From: Octopus vulgaris
Taxonomy: Eukaryota
DNA: 64,000 bases
NCBI GenBank assembly: GCA_951406725.2
Contig: OX597819.1
Span: forward strand, 123,628,001-123,692,000
Direction of reading: 5' to 3'
Part shown: one piece after another, positions 1 to 17,575 of the stretch
How positions within the stretch are numbered: the first letter of the stretch is position 1
Layout of the letters: each line of letters opens with the position of its first letter
Translations under genes and position numbers: made by a program
The notes under the pieces: model-generated
Told to the model about the DNA's origin: nothing
Seen by the model: the letters and a program-made list of their open reading frames with translations, nothing else
Databases searched by the model: none

Positions 1-410
1 ACAGAATCGAGGATACCATCCTGTAACATCGTCTGAGATGGAAGGGTCACGTAGTAAGAATGTAAGAAGCTGCGTCAAACTTTATATGGTAAACTTTCCA
101 CTGAAAGAAGAATCCGTGACCGTCCCCTCCGTCGATACCAAGGATCAGCTGAAGCAAAGCATAAAACTGATTGGAATCGATCCCAAAGCCTGGGACATGG
201 AAGCTCAGGACAGGACCCCGCTGGCCTCATTCCATCTCTACTGTAACAGATCATTCTAAAGCTGAACGACAGAGGAAAGTGGAAGAGAAACGACAAGAAA
301 GAAAATGGCGGCTGCAAAAACCAAAGCTTCCACCATGGATCCTTTGTGAACTTTACAACGGACACTTCCATGCAAGAATCGGCCTCATCGGTCATCAGAG
401 ACATAAATAG
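1..410 (+). mobile_element. 3' fragment of RTE/BovB-like LINE ORF, degraded
   Basis: Broken frames give LRWKGHVVRM...QLKQSIKLIGIDPKAWDMEAQDRT, resembling the C-terminal region of RTE-clade ORFs. Confidence 0.6.
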
Positions 411-580
411 GAACAGAAGGGAAGAAGTGGTCAAGAAAAAAAACCAAATAGATGATCGGACACGCGATAAAACGCCGACGACAAATACATAAATACATTC
501 AAATGTACATGTATTGGAATCTGTACCTAACTATCTATCTGTCTGTCGCTCTCATTCTCTGCATATGCACACATACGTAC

Positions 581-642
<62 letters not shown>

Positions 643-662
643 GGACATACATACATCCACAC

Positions 663-728
<66 letters not shown>

Positions 729-763
729 GCAGAGAATGAGTGCGGTGATACACATACACACAC

Positions 764-862
<99 letters not shown>

Positions 863-1009
863 TACATATATATATATATATGTATATATATACCGGAGTA
901 AACACATAAATGTGAAACAAGGTGGAAAAAGAGTACTCAAATACCAGTGGTAGAGTAATATGCTTTATTTAAAGCAGCAGAAAATTCAACTAGTGAGTGT
1001 CTAATAAAT

Positions 1010-2580
1010 AAATTTTTTTTAAAAAGTTTGTTTTAAACCTTGGGATTACATAGAGAGTATTTTGCGTAGGATATGAGCAGTTCCCATGAGCACTATCTTT
1101 TGAATTTCTGCAATATTGGGGGGGGGGTTCCTGGTATCTGAGTTAGGTAGCAATCAACCCCTTTCGCTTATCTGCCTTAGGGTGGTGCATTCTATGCATT
1201 GTCAACAGTTTTTGTATTTTTCTGTCGAGCTGACATATTTCAGTAATTGACCAGTTAACGATATTGAAACTGTAAGTCACGACTGGTATGGCTAATGCAT
1301 TGATCGCTTCGATCCTGTTTCTTGCATTCAGCTCTGTCTTGAGTATTGCTCTCACTCTTCGATAACATTCTCTCCTGATCCTTTCCTTTATCTCTGAATG
1401 CCTTATTCCGTTCCCTTCAATTACCCCTAGGTACTTGTAGCTCTCCGATGGGCCTAGTTCTTTTATGACATTCTGCTGGTCAAGGTTAACGTTAGATGTT
1501 TCTGTCATTTTTCCTTTGATAAAGGTAGCTTTTGCACATTTATCGAGGCTGAATTGCATTCTGATGTCGTCACTGAATTGTTTGACTATCGCTAGTAAGC
1601 CCTTGAGTTGTTGGTCATTTTTTGCAAAAGCTTTAAATCATCCATGTAAATGAGATGATTTATATTTTTATCAAACATTTTATACCCGTACTGCGCGTCA
1701 TTGAGCAGTTTTGAGAGAGGTATTAAGGCTAAACAAATGAGGAGTGGTGACAGTGAGTCACCCTGGAAAATGCCACATGAAATTTTTACATCACCAGCAT
1801 TTAGGGATTCATTGTCACTGTTCACAGTTAGTGTGGTTCTCCATGATCTCATACTTACAGTCGAAAAGTTTCGCAGAGCAGGTGCTATCTTATACATTTC
1901 CAGGCATTTCCTAATCCAGCTGTGTGGTAGGTTATCAAAAGCCTTTTAATAGACTATCCAGGCTATTGATAAGTTTTGTGTCGTTTGTGACAATCTTCTA
2001 AGATCATCTTATTGATGAGTAGTTGATCTTTACAGCCGTAGGATCCACGTTTACATCCTTTCTGTTCATTAGGGAATATGCTGCTGTCTGTTAAAAAACT
2101 ATAAGTATATTCCGTCAGGACAGATGTTAGCGATTTATACATAGTTGTTAAGCAGGTTATGGGTCTATAGTTTTTTGGTTCATTTGTTTCTTCACTTTTT
2201 GGAAGCAGGAATGTTAACCCATTAACTAGCCAAGGAGGCATCCTACTAGGGTGTTGCAAAACATCATTGTACAGTTCTGTTAGAAGTTCATGGCTCTCTG
2301 GGAAGGCATCCAGCCAGAAGTTAGGAATTTTATCCTTTCCTGGAGACTTCCATTTGCTTGACCTCCTGAGAGCAGATCTTATATCTTCTACCTTGACACC
2401 CTCCCACTTTTGCTCTTCTAAGGAGTCCAGTTCTGTAGATATTCTGTCAATCCAGGGGGCCTTTTCGTTGTGTGTTTTTTCTTCTGCTTAAATTTTATTC
2501 CAAAATCCCTGCACTTCTTCTTTTGATGGTACAGACCTTACAGTAAACGCTGTTTTTCCTATCTTCCTGTAAAAATTCTT
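1010..2580 (-). pseudogene. R4/Dong-like non-LTR retrotransposon RT fragment, frameshifted, internally deleted
   Basis: NYRPITCL, EQKGC, GIFQGDSLSPLL, HLIYMDDLKL, YKYLGV motifs; C-terminal IQKIVLMGTAHILRKILSM at ~1050-1130; starts in a (TTA)n tract. Confidence 0.85.
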
Positions 2581-2593
2581 ATTATTATTATTA

Positions 2594-2634
<41 letters not shown>

Positions 2635-2971
2635 GAGTGAGAGAGCAGTTCATGCCATCAAAGTGACACTGGGGTAAAATATACGAAGCCCAATATACCC
2701 ATCATGACTACCCGTCTGATAAGGGTACACCAGACACATGCATCACAAACATATGTGTGCGGCATGGTGATCTCATATCAAGATAAACAGCACATGACCT
2801 TGCAGGTGGGGCCCGGTAAGAATTTTCTTCAGGTTGAGTAGCCTATCCCGCTCAAAAGGTCCCTGAACAAGGGTTGTTTAAGGATGTTGAAAGAACCACC
2901 CATGTTTCCAGAGGTGAATTATTCAAACCCCAAAGAATCCCTCTCAACACATGGCTATGATGCTCCCCCAC
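2635..2971 (-). mobile_element. Non-autonomous element embedded in (TAA)n (other copies 37587-37921 and 46791-47359)
   Basis: Three similar copies, each ending ctctctcactc(aat)n and flanked by TAA repeats. Confidence 0.75.
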
Positions 2972-3062
<91 letters not shown>

Positions 3063-4151
3063 CTTCATGTTAGAGCATTGGACTCTGCTCACTTTCTCTC
3101 TCTCCGATTTTGTTTCTCCTTTGAATCCTTTCTGTAGAAGAGTGTCAGTTCCATTTCCATTCTTCCCGAGCGGTAAAACTAATACGCCTGCTTGTCGTTC
3201 CTACACCCGTCCTCGTCTTCTCTTTTCTGTAAATTTCAACTATATATACATACATATACATATACATGTATGTATGTATGTATGTATGCATGTATGTATG
3301 TATGTATGTATGTACGTATGCATGTATGTATGTATGTATGTATGTATGTATGTATGTATGCATGTATGTATGTATGTATGCAAAATTTGAAGAAAAAAGA
3401 AAATGGAGAAGTACTGATGAACAACAATTGACTTACATCAATTATTATTTATTTATTCAATGCAAACAGACTGCATCTCATCTAACAGCTGTTTCTGCTT
3501 CCAATGTTATATGGTATTGCCATTGATATTCAAAATATGCAGAAATATTAAGTTATATATTTAGTTATGTATTTGCTTGATCATTGTTTTGGAGCCAGTA
3601 CTTATCTACCGCTATTAATATCGTTATTATTGTGATTATATGTATTAATAGTTGCATGGGGGATTATTTCTTAAAACTGGCATACGTGAATACCCATATA
3701 TGTGTGTGCATTTATATGTATGTTGAATTTTCCTTTTTGTGTGTATGAAGGCATGATGTAAGAGCTTACATCTGTAAAAACAATCGGCAAGTATTTTAAT
3801 TTTCAATCTTAAATTTTAACTATAAGTTGTAATCATTAATTTAATTAACGATATCTACTTCTACTTATTTACTTGACCACTAGGCTGATTGATTTTAAGA
3901 TCATTTAATCAACTAGCTGCAAAATTAGCAGTCACTAATTATGGCCATTTCCCTAGTTATTACCTCCCCTTGACCAGATATATTTCAATAACTTTCCTCC
4001 GGTATTAATTCGATTCAATGTTTTTACTCATTTCGTATTCATATTCACAAACTGTTGGACATTTTACAATCCGAACCGTCTTATTCCCTAAGTGTCCGAA
4101 TAAGTTCCTCTCTTAATATTTATTCCATAATGTTATTTGTTTAATAAGCAT

Positions 4152-4273
4152 AGGAATGGCTGTGTGGTAAGTAGCTTGCTTACGAACCACATGGCTCCGG
4201 GTTCAGTCCCAATGCGTGGCACCTTGGCCAAGTGTCTTCTACTGTAGCCTCGGGCCGACCAAAGCCTTGTGAG

Positions 4274-4328
<55 letters not shown>

Positions 4329-4580
4329 TGTGTGTGTGTGTGTGCGTATGTGTGTGTGTGTATGTGTCTGTGCTATGTTTGTGTGTCTGTGTATGTGCTC
4401 CCAACATCGCTTCAAAACTGATGCTGGTGTGTTTACGTCACTGTAACTTAGAGGTTCGCCATAAGAGACCAATAGAATAAGTACTACGCTTACAAAGAAT
4501 TAGTCCTGGGGTCGATTTGCTCGACTAAAGGCGGTGCTCCAGCATGACCAAAGTCAAATGACTGAAACAAGTAAAAGAGT
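4152..4580 (+). mobile_element. tRNA-derived SINE family 1 with internal microsatellite and CR1-like tail (also 35603-36428 -, 43013-43403 +, 62919-63330 +, 63577-63963 -; fragments at 6690 and 12240)
   Basis: A-box tggctgtgtggt, B-box ggttcagtcc; multiple copies; tail ggcggtgctccagcatg...ctgaaacaagtaaaagag. Confidence 0.85.
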
Positions 4581-4782
4581 AGTATTAGTACACAAAGCAT
4601 TTTTGGGCCCTTTACAAAAAACCAACATCGTATTTATTTATTTATTTACTTATCTTACCCCGTATAACACTCTCAATAGCTGATCTTTTGATCTTAAATT
4701 TCGACTGAACAATTACATCGAAAGTTCGACCTTGACCTATCTCACTTCAGACAACATGTGAAAGGGCTTAACTACCTACTGA

Positions 4783-5120
4783 GACCCCCTTCGGTCACGA
4801 CACAGACCATGGGATTGCACCTAGAAAGTTATCCTCCGATGCACAAGTCTGAGAAAGGTTGTTTATGGAAGACCAGCAGTCGCCCATGCATACCGGCCTC
4901 CCCTCTCCACGCCACCAGTGTTATCCAAGGGAAAGGCAAAGGCCGATACAGCTTGGCACCCGTGACGTCTCAACTCATTTCTACAGCTGAGTGAACTGGA
5001 ACAACATGAAATAAAGTGTCTTGCTCAAGAACACAAGATGCAGCCCGGTCCGGGATTCGAGGTCACAACCTCACGATCGTAAGCTCGACGCTCTAACCAC
5101 TGAGCCATGCGTCTTTACAC
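4783..5120 (-). mobile_element. tRNA-derived SINE family 3 (mirror copy 35067-35405 +; related copies 11560-11996, 39960-40295, 42290-42606, 52420-53232)
   Basis: Head ggcgcatggc(c/t)cagtggttagagc...tcgaatcc with Pol III A/B boxes; repeated several times in the window. Confidence 0.8.
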
Positions 5121-5410
5121 CCTAGTAAATAAATGAACTGCATTTAACCAATTAGCGCTTTATTATGATTAATACTATTAATTAATATTACAAACACAAC
5201 TATTATAAATTATTATGTTTAATATAAAAACTTACTGTATCTACACCCCTTCTCTGACTAATACCTATTGGCGTATCCCACTATTATTTTTGTTTTCCAT
5301 CTTACCCTCACCCATTACAAAGGATTAATCCACCAATTGCCATTTTGTTTAAGTCCTTAACTTAACGGCCCAAGGAGATACTTAAGTAAAATGGTATGAT
5401 TACAACTATA

Positions 5411-5641
5411 GGCGGCGAGCTGGCAGAAGCGTTAGCACCCCGGGCGAATTGCGTAGCCGTATTTCGTCTGCCGTTACGTTCTGAGTTCAAATTCCGCCAA
5501 AGTCGAATTTGCCTTTCATCCTTTCGGGGTCGATAAATTAAGTACCAGTTACGCACTGGAGTCGATGTAATCGACTTAATCCGTTTGTCTGTCCTTGTTT
5601 GTCTCCTCTGTGTTTAGCCCCTTGTGGGTATTAAAGAAATA
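5411..5641 (+). mobile_element. SINE family 2 with Deu/Nin-like central domain, flanked by TSD
   Basis: Core gcctttcatcctttcggggtcgataaattaagtaccag; direct repeat ggtatgattacaac(t/c)ata on both sides; copies at 22166, 34560, 46067, 48345, 62198. Confidence 0.85.
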
Positions 5642-6635
5642 GGTATGATTACAACCATATTCAACTTCACCCTTTTTGTTCTTTATGCTCTTGTTCTCTA
5701 TTTATTCCTCACTCTAATGAAACTCCCTGTTTCAGATCGGTTTTATTAAAAACTATGATTAATATTTTTACATATTTTGAGTATCAGTGGCAATACCATG
5801 TAACATTGGAAACAGAAACAGCTGTTAGATGAGATGAAGTCTATTTGCATTGAATTAATAAATAATAACTGATGTAAGTCAATTGTTGTTAATCGGTACG
5901 TCTCCTTTTCTGGGTTTTTTAAAATTTTGATTCTTGATAAACCCGTGTTTATCCTTGTCTTTACGTATGATATCTGAACATAATATGTTTGCATAGGAAA
6001 TATAGGAAATATACCGGTAATGTAATGGATACTTGTGTCCCTTAGACGGTTATTTTAACCTCGAACTCAATCAACCTGTCTATATATATATAAGATGATA
6101 AATATCCTCATCCCCAAAGCCGATTTATTATTTTTGGAAACAGTTTGTGCGTAAAACCATATTATACATGAAGAATGCTGTAGCTTGTCCATTCGAGGAT
6201 GAAAGAATGTTATGTGATAATTCTTGTCTCCGCAGTACAAATCTAAATAAAATGTCGCTTTATTTGTTATTTATTTACTTATCTATTTATTTTGCAGTTT
6301 GCACAAAACAATATATTGTCGCAGACGTCCTGCAGTTTTTCTATCCGCCACCGACACAATGTTAAATGAAAAATTCGATTTTTAATATTGTTAGATATTT
6401 ATGGCAGCAATAAAGTAACTGAAGCTAATATGTAATGAGGTTGTTGAAATGTGTGCCATGATTAAGAGGCAACACCTGACGTAGTTTCTGTCATTATTCA
6501 CATCTCTTGTTTCAGAATGCAGATGTCGCGACCAGCAATCTGTTTTGCAATTACAAGCGTTTTCAAAGTCATTCAAATTAGATGCACCGCCACATGCACA
6601 CACGCACAATCAGAGTCATGCACACACTCACGCAG

Positions 6636-6690
<55 letters not shown>

Positions 6691-7427
6691 ACTTAGAGGT
6701 TCGCCATAAGAGACCAATAGAATAATTATTAGTCTTATAAAGAATAAGTCCTGGGGTCGATTTGCTCGACTAAAGGCGGTGCTCCAGCATGACCAAAGTC
6801 AAATGACTGAAACAAGTAAAAGAGTAGTATTAGTACACAAAGCCTTTTTGGGGCCTTTACAAGAAACAACATCGTATTTATTTATTTATTTATTTATCTT
6901 ACCCCGTATAACAGTCTCAATAGCTGTTAATATTATTGTTGAATGTACATTATATAGTCTATTGACTATTTTTTCTTTCTCACTAGAAGCTGGTGGCGAA
7001 AAAATTTCTATTGAATTTTTTGCTACCCTTATATTGATTAATTAATGATTTTTATTGGCTAATTCTGATATTAAATCAGCAGTTTATATTTGCTGCTGAT
7101 AAGTTGGCGTGATGACGGTAGATTTTGAAAATTTAGAGTATATATTCCCGAGGCATCGATGCTGTTGCCTCGTGGAATATTTATTCCTCCTGGCTTTTTG
7201 GCCGATGAGACGGGCCAGTGGTAAATTTACATGATTAAATTTAATTTAATTTAATTAGGCTGGTTTTCCGAAAAGTACGTCGAAAATATGCATAGTCCAA
7301 AGATGATTAGGGTAAATGTTTTAAATTTTCCTTTGATTTCTGAATTACTACTATTTAGCAGTTTGAGTTTAGCTGCTCGTTTTAGTGAGTTGAATGGCCT
7401 ATTAAGGTCATTCCTTAATATTATTAT

Positions 7428-7468
<41 letters not shown>

Positions 7469-7503
7469 CATATATATATATACATATATATAAGCATATA
7501 TAT

Positions 7504-7561
<58 letters not shown>

Positions 7562-7564
<3 letters not shown>

Positions 7565-8619
7565 GCGATAAAACAACGGGCAGAAAATACAGGTAATTCA
7601 TAGATAAAGGTTTCAAAACAGACTTTATCACCAAAGCCACCTAATTAATACTTGAAGAAAACACATTCTCATTTAACAACGAGATATACCGACAGATTAA
7701 GGGCACGGCTATGGGTACGAAATTTGCACCTTCATATGCCAACTTGGTGATCGGTTTCCTTGAGAACAAACTATACGATGAAATAGAGAACAGATCAAAA
7801 GAAAATGTAAGAACATTCTTCCACAACATCCTCAACACACTGCACCCATCTATCAACTTCACGATAGATACCAGCCATAACGAACATCCCTTCCTAGACA
7901 TCAACATCAAGAAACAAAACTCCATCGTCACAACAGATATCTACTATAAGAAAACCGACACACACCAATATTTAAATTTCTACTCCTGCCACCCATCCCA
8001 CATAAAAAGATACATTTCATATAGTATGGCGAGATGCATATGCAACATAGTGACCGAGTCACAAACACGCCAAATAAGACTAAATGAACTTAAAAACTTC
8101 CGACTAGAACAGAAATACCCACTAAAATTAATAAAAAACGGAACCTCAAGAGCAATGAAACTGGACATTACACAACTCAGAACTACAAAAAAGAAAAGCA
8201 AAGGAAACATGATCCCTTTCATAAACACACACAACCCTGGAGTTACCAACATGTTTCAAATTATATATTGAAACTTACTCGTAGTCATACAAAGCCCCAA
8301 AATGAGAAACCTATTAAACAAATATTGCATAAAAAAGAGTAAACGATAAGAGAAAAACCTGAAGAAACAACTAACAAAAGCGAAATTCTCATCAGAAACT
8401 AAAACCGAATTCTTTGTAAAAGAGTGCGGAGATGATAGATGTGGGATCTGCAGTAACCCCACCTACAAATATATAGAGGGAGACAAACAAATGAAATTTA
8501 AGAGTGGTCACATATTCAAAGTAAATGCAGATATGAACTGCAAGACACAGAACGTAATATACGGCATAACCTGCCCCTCGTGCAAGGAGAATTATATAGG
8601 TGAAACTGGAAATTCTTTA
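7562..8619 (+). pseudogene. Penelope-like element fragment (RT thumb region + start of GIY-YIG)
   Basis: GTAMGTKFAPSYANL, LHPSINFT, PFLDINI, TDIYYKKTDTHQYL, SCHP, NVIYGITCPSCKENYIGETG; the YxDD segment is missing. Confidence 0.85.
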
Positions 8620-10968
8620 CCGAGGGAACACAAGAAATGTCTCCCAGGAAAACTTTCAAAAACGAAGTGCTCTCCTCAGATGTTCTGCGCAACGCAGCAG
8701 CTGAGCAAGAGTCTTTTTTATGCATGGCGCAAAGAATTGTCCGGCAGCTAGCCTGGCTACACCAAGCACAGAGAAGGAACCCTGCCCACCACTATGCAAG
8801 ACCACCACAGTCAACAAACACGGGATGGCCTCCCCTAACGCCTACACAGCCGTCACCCCAATACTTTTACTAAATTTTGGGGGCCTGTTGCATCAAAATA
8901 GAAACAAAATTTCTTTCCTGAAAGATCTTACTGCAAGCAATCAAGCCCTATGTGTAGCACTTGTGGAAACCCACCTCAATCCTGATATAGAGGACGCAAA
9001 AGTACACATACCAAACTATGCCATACTGCGAACAGACAGAAGGGAAAGGAGCCATGGTGGAGTTGCTGTATACATCCGAGATGACCTCACAACCCAGGTC
9101 TTAATGACATACTCAAATTCGGTATGTGACACTTTAATTGTATACATAAGAAAACATAATATAGTCATATGCAATACATATTGCCCACCGGATGCCCCAA
9201 ATTACATAGGCAAGTTTGAACATTGCCTCACAAGAATTAAAGAAATCCTCATGAATCTGGAACACCACGTGACCATATTTCTTATGGGTGATTTCAACTT
9301 CCCCAACGTCAAATGGCCTGAAAGACTCATACTCTCAGGAATGAATCATTGCAAGCAAGTACAGGTGGAGTCTCTGCTCAACCTCACCAACGCCTTATTC
9401 ATGGAGCAAATTGTACTCAAGCCAACTAGGGCGAATAACATTCTGGATCTCTGCTTCACGAACAATATGGACATCATTCATGATGTGAAAATGACACCGA
9501 CATCAGTTTCGGATCACAAAATAATAGAGCTGTCTATGTTTGGGCCAAAAGTAACCAGAGACATACAGCCTAAAGGAAGCACCCGAAATCTCTCCAATCT
9601 GAACTTCCACAAAGCAGATTGGAAATCGATCCCAAAAGAGATCCTCAGAGAGGACTGGCCGGAATGTCTCTCCACACCAGACATTGACATGAAACTAGAA
9701 TGTTTCATGTCTTCTGTGCAAGCCGTATGCCAGAAATATGTCCCAGAGCACAAGGCCAAAACAAATAGGAGCAAGATTCCAAGAGACAGGAAGATCCTCA
9801 TAAGACGACGGACGAAGGTTGCAAATCGTCTCAACCAACATCCCAAAAGTAGCGAAACGTCCCGCCTAAAAACAACACTGATGGAGATCGAATAAAGTCT
9901 GCAACAATCCTATGTGAAGGAGAAAGCAGACAAAGAAGCCTGGGTTATAAAAAACATTAAATCAAACCCAAAGTCCTTCTTTCATTACGCGAAAGAAACA
10001 GTCTCAGTGCACTACAAGATAGGACCCCTCCTCCAAAAGGATGGCTCCTTCACAGACAGTCCAACTAATATCAATGAGATGCTGAATGACCAGTTCAAAA
10101 GTGTTGGAACACAGACAAGTGAACGAACCAGTGGACTTCTTTGTCGCCTCACCTATAACCAGCTAGGCGGTTACAATGGAATGTATTGACATTAGCGAAA
10201 AAGATGTCCTATTAGCCATAGATGAAGTGGGCACAAACTCAGCTGCTGGTCCAGACGGTTTACCAGCCATCCTCCTCAAAGCGTGTAAGCATGCCCATGC
10301 AAAACCCCTCAATATTCTCTTCCAGAGCTTTCTTGCTAATGCCAAAATGCCAAGCAAGCTGAAGGAGGGAATAATATGTCCAATACATAAAGGGGGAAGT
10401 AGAGCAGATGCCAAAAACTATAGGCCTATCTCTCTGACTTCACACATCAGCAAAGTCATGGAACGGATAGTCTGAAAGAACTAATCGCATTCCTTGAGAA
10501 AAATAACTTGCTGAGTGATACCCAGCATGGTTTTCGACCAGGTAGAAGCTGCCTGACCCAGCTCTTACAACATTATGACTGGGTGTTGAGGCAGTTACTC
10601 AACAAATCAAATGTGGACGTAATCTACCTTGATTTTGCAAAAGCTTTTGACAAGGTGGATCATGGTATGATATGCCACAAATTGCGTGACCTCGGCAATG
10701 ACTTCCTGAAAGATAGGAGTCAGGCAGTATTGGTTAATGGAGCCACCTCTATGAACACACAAATAGTGAGCGGTGTTCCACAGGGCAGTGTCTTGGGACC
10801 ACTGCTTTTTATAGTGGCCCTCTCAGATATGCCCTCAAATGCCCGCATAGCCACTCTGGCCAGCTATGCAGACGATACGAAAGTCTTGCAGAAAATACAG
10901 AACCCCAGCGATGTTGCACACCTGCAGCAGGAGTTTGACTCAATGTACAGATGGGCTGAGGATAATAA
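8615..10968 (+). pseudogene. CR1/Jockey-group LINE: APE endonuclease + RT, with stops and frameshifts, 3'-truncated
   Basis: VETHL, SHGGVAVY, MGDFNFP, ILDLCF, SDHK (APE); NYRPISLTS, QHGFRPGRSC, YLDFAKAFDKV, GVPQGSVLGPLLF, YADDTK (RT). Confidence 0.9.
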
Positions 10969-11271
10969 CACAAACACATACACACACAAAAAAAAAAACA
11001 CATTCTCTCTCACTTTCTTCCCATTTGTCACCCTTTTTTACTAGCCTATATCTCTCTCCACCCCTACACACTCAATAATACTATAAAAAGAGACGAATCC
11101 CCTCAAACAATTCAAATCTGAATAATCTACTAGAGTAGATGCAAGCGCCGTTATATGATTTATAAAAACATGTGACATATTAATAAAAATATGTAAATAT
11201 ACAACAACCATCAAGATTTCTGACTACTTTATATTTCCTAGTATATAATACATCACCTTCAAACCTCCTGA

Positions 11272-11344
<73 letters not shown>

Positions 11345-11496
11345 TAAATGAAAGAATGGAGTCGAACGAAGATGTTAACAAAATTGCTTTACTCTCGACA
11401 CATGTTTTGAAGACGGCATACTTTTATTCTGACGTGAATTTGCTACCCAGGTATCGGTTAAACGAATTTTCCATGCTAGGATAATTCATTCACCTA

Positions 11497-11557
<61 letters not shown>

Positions 11558-12010
11558 TGTGACCCCCTTCGGTCATGGATGACCATGGGATTGCACCTAG
11601 AAAGTTAGCCTCCGAGACACAAGTCTGCATACCAGCCTCCTCTCTCCACGCCACCGATGTTATCTAAGGGAAAAGCAAAGACTGATACAGTTTGGCACCA
11701 GTGACGTCGCAGCTCATTTATTAACGTACAAGTGGCTGAGTATTCCACAGACACGTGTTCCCTTAACGTAGTTCTCGGGGAGATTCAGCGTGACACAGAG
11801 AGTGACAAGGCTGGCCCCTTTGAAATACAGTTACAACAGAAACAGGAAGAAAGAGTGAGAGAAAGTTGTGGTGAAAGAGCCTCGTGGAGCTCTAGGTGTT
11901 TTCGCTCAATAAACACTTACAATGCCCGGTCTGGGAATCGAAACCGCGATCCTATGACCGCGAGTCCGCTGCTCTAATCACTGGGCCAATGCGCCGCCAG
12001 TGTGTGTGTG

Positions 12011-12162
<152 letters not shown>

Positions 12163-12188
12163 GCTTATAACCAATATATATATATATA

Positions 12189-12244
<56 letters not shown>

Positions 12245-12501
12245 GGAAACTGAAACTGAAAGAAGCCTGTCGTATATATATATATGTGTGTGTTTGTGTG
12301 TCTGTGTTTGGCCTAGTATCGCTTGACAACTGATGCTGATGTGCTTACGTCCCCGTCACTTAGCAGTTCGCCAAAAAGGAAACCGATGATGTTGAACTTA
12401 AAAATGGTCTATGACTATTTTTATTTTTTCCTACTAGGCCGCTGGTGGCAAAAGAATTCTACAAAATTTTTTTTAAAGCCACCCTATATTGATTAATATA
12501 T

Positions 12502-12601
<100 letters not shown>

Positions 12602-12787
12602 TGTGTGGTAAGTCCAAACAACCAAACACAGAAAAAAAAGAAAAAACACACCACTGCGTGGACGTGGAACAAGTGTCTTAAAGTATTTTTGACGACTCAA
12701 TGCCTTGTGAAGTGCATATATATAGACGGAAACTGATATATATAGATAGCCTGTCGTATATATGTATATATATATATATATGTGTGT

Positions 12788-12823
<36 letters not shown>

Positions 12824-13084
12824 AATTAGAGATAAAACCACTATTAGGCAAATCAAACAATGAAAAACAAGCCAATACATAAAATTAATTAATTTATATT
12901 ATTTTAAATATATATCAAAAGTATATATATATATATATATATTATAAAAGTTTAATAAAAGATAATGAGTCAATATTATATATTAATACTTTTATATATA
13001 TTAACCAATAAAAACTATATATTAATATATATTATTTAAATATATTATTATATTAACCAATATAAAAACACGCACTATATATCT

Positions 13085-13138
<54 letters not shown>

Positions 13139-13161
13139 CATATATATGTATATATATATAC

Positions 13162-13228
<67 letters not shown>

Positions 13229-13486
13229 CATACACATAGATAGATATATATATACATATATATATATATACATACATACATATATATTTTTAATACTTTT
13301 GATATATATTTAAAATAATATTAATTAATTAATTTTATGTATTGGCTTATGTTTTTCATTGTTTGATTTGCCTTATAGTGGTTTTATCTCTAATTTAATC
13401 TAATATAATATTTTACTATAAAATTGGATTTAATCCTAAATCTGATTTTTCCCTGTAACTTTGGATTTATTCCCTGATATTTTATA

Positions 13487-13579
<93 letters not shown>

Positions 13580-13642
13580 ATATTTCGGAATGGTCATGTT
13601 GCCAGTTTAGCCAATAAAAACACACGCAATATATATTTAAAC

Positions 13643-16704
<3,062 letters not shown>

Positions 16705-16716
16705 AGTATATGTATG

Positions 16717-17001
16717 TTATTTTATAGAAGGAGCTTCTACAGGACTAGAACTGTTTCATTCAGATGAAATCTTCAGGAAGCTGGCTGTCAAAATAAGTTC
16801 TGGTATTTATGCATTTAAGCAGATTTAATGGAGTGGTGGTGGCAGGGGGACGTTTTTTGGGTAGGTTGGTATTTAGGAGATAAATAAATATACATATAAA
16901 CACACATACATACACATGCGAATATACATATGCATACATACATACGCACATATATATACATACATACACATACATGCATATATATATATATATATACACA
17001 C

Positions 17002-17032
<31 letters not shown>

Positions 17033-17525
17033 CATATACATACATACACCTACATACACACACACACACGCACACATATATATATATATGTATATATACA
17101 CATACAAATACACATAAGTATACATACATAAATATACCCATGTACGTATAAACATATACATAATTATGCATATATAAACACATACATAAATATACATATG
17201 TACACACAAACACATACATAGATATCTACACGCATATATAAACACATATGCACATATAAAACCATATGCGTATATAAACATATATACGTATATATAAGTA
17301 TATATACGCATATAAACACATATACGCATATATAAATACACACGCATACACACATACATTTATATATACACATGTATATATAAATACACATATGCTTACA
17401 TAAATATATACATGCATATACACATACATACACATACACACACACATATATATATATACATAAATACACACATGCATACATATATACACATATACACATA
17501 TACATACATACACACACATACAAAC

Positions 17526-17575
<50 letters not shown>

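Larger units (their letters stand above)
1632..10968 (+). repeat. Left arm of ~9.3-kb inverted segmental duplication
   Basis: Colinear reverse-complement match to 29690-38940; paired near-identical ORFs (e.g. 7711-8271 vs 32093-32653, 6147-6365 vs 33839-34057, 2267-2491 vs 38087-38311). Confidence 0.95.

Noticed and set aside
452-940. Many YI/IY/VC/HT-repeat ORFs here and throughout the window
   Set aside because: They are translations of (TA)n, (CA)n and (TATG)n microsatellites, not genes
3421-3545. GAAACAGCTGTTA half-hammerhead in a repeat inverted at 5770-5890; similar half-motifs at ~11395-11412 and ~53658-53680
   Set aside because: No recognisable CUGANGA half in the right position, so not called as ribozymes
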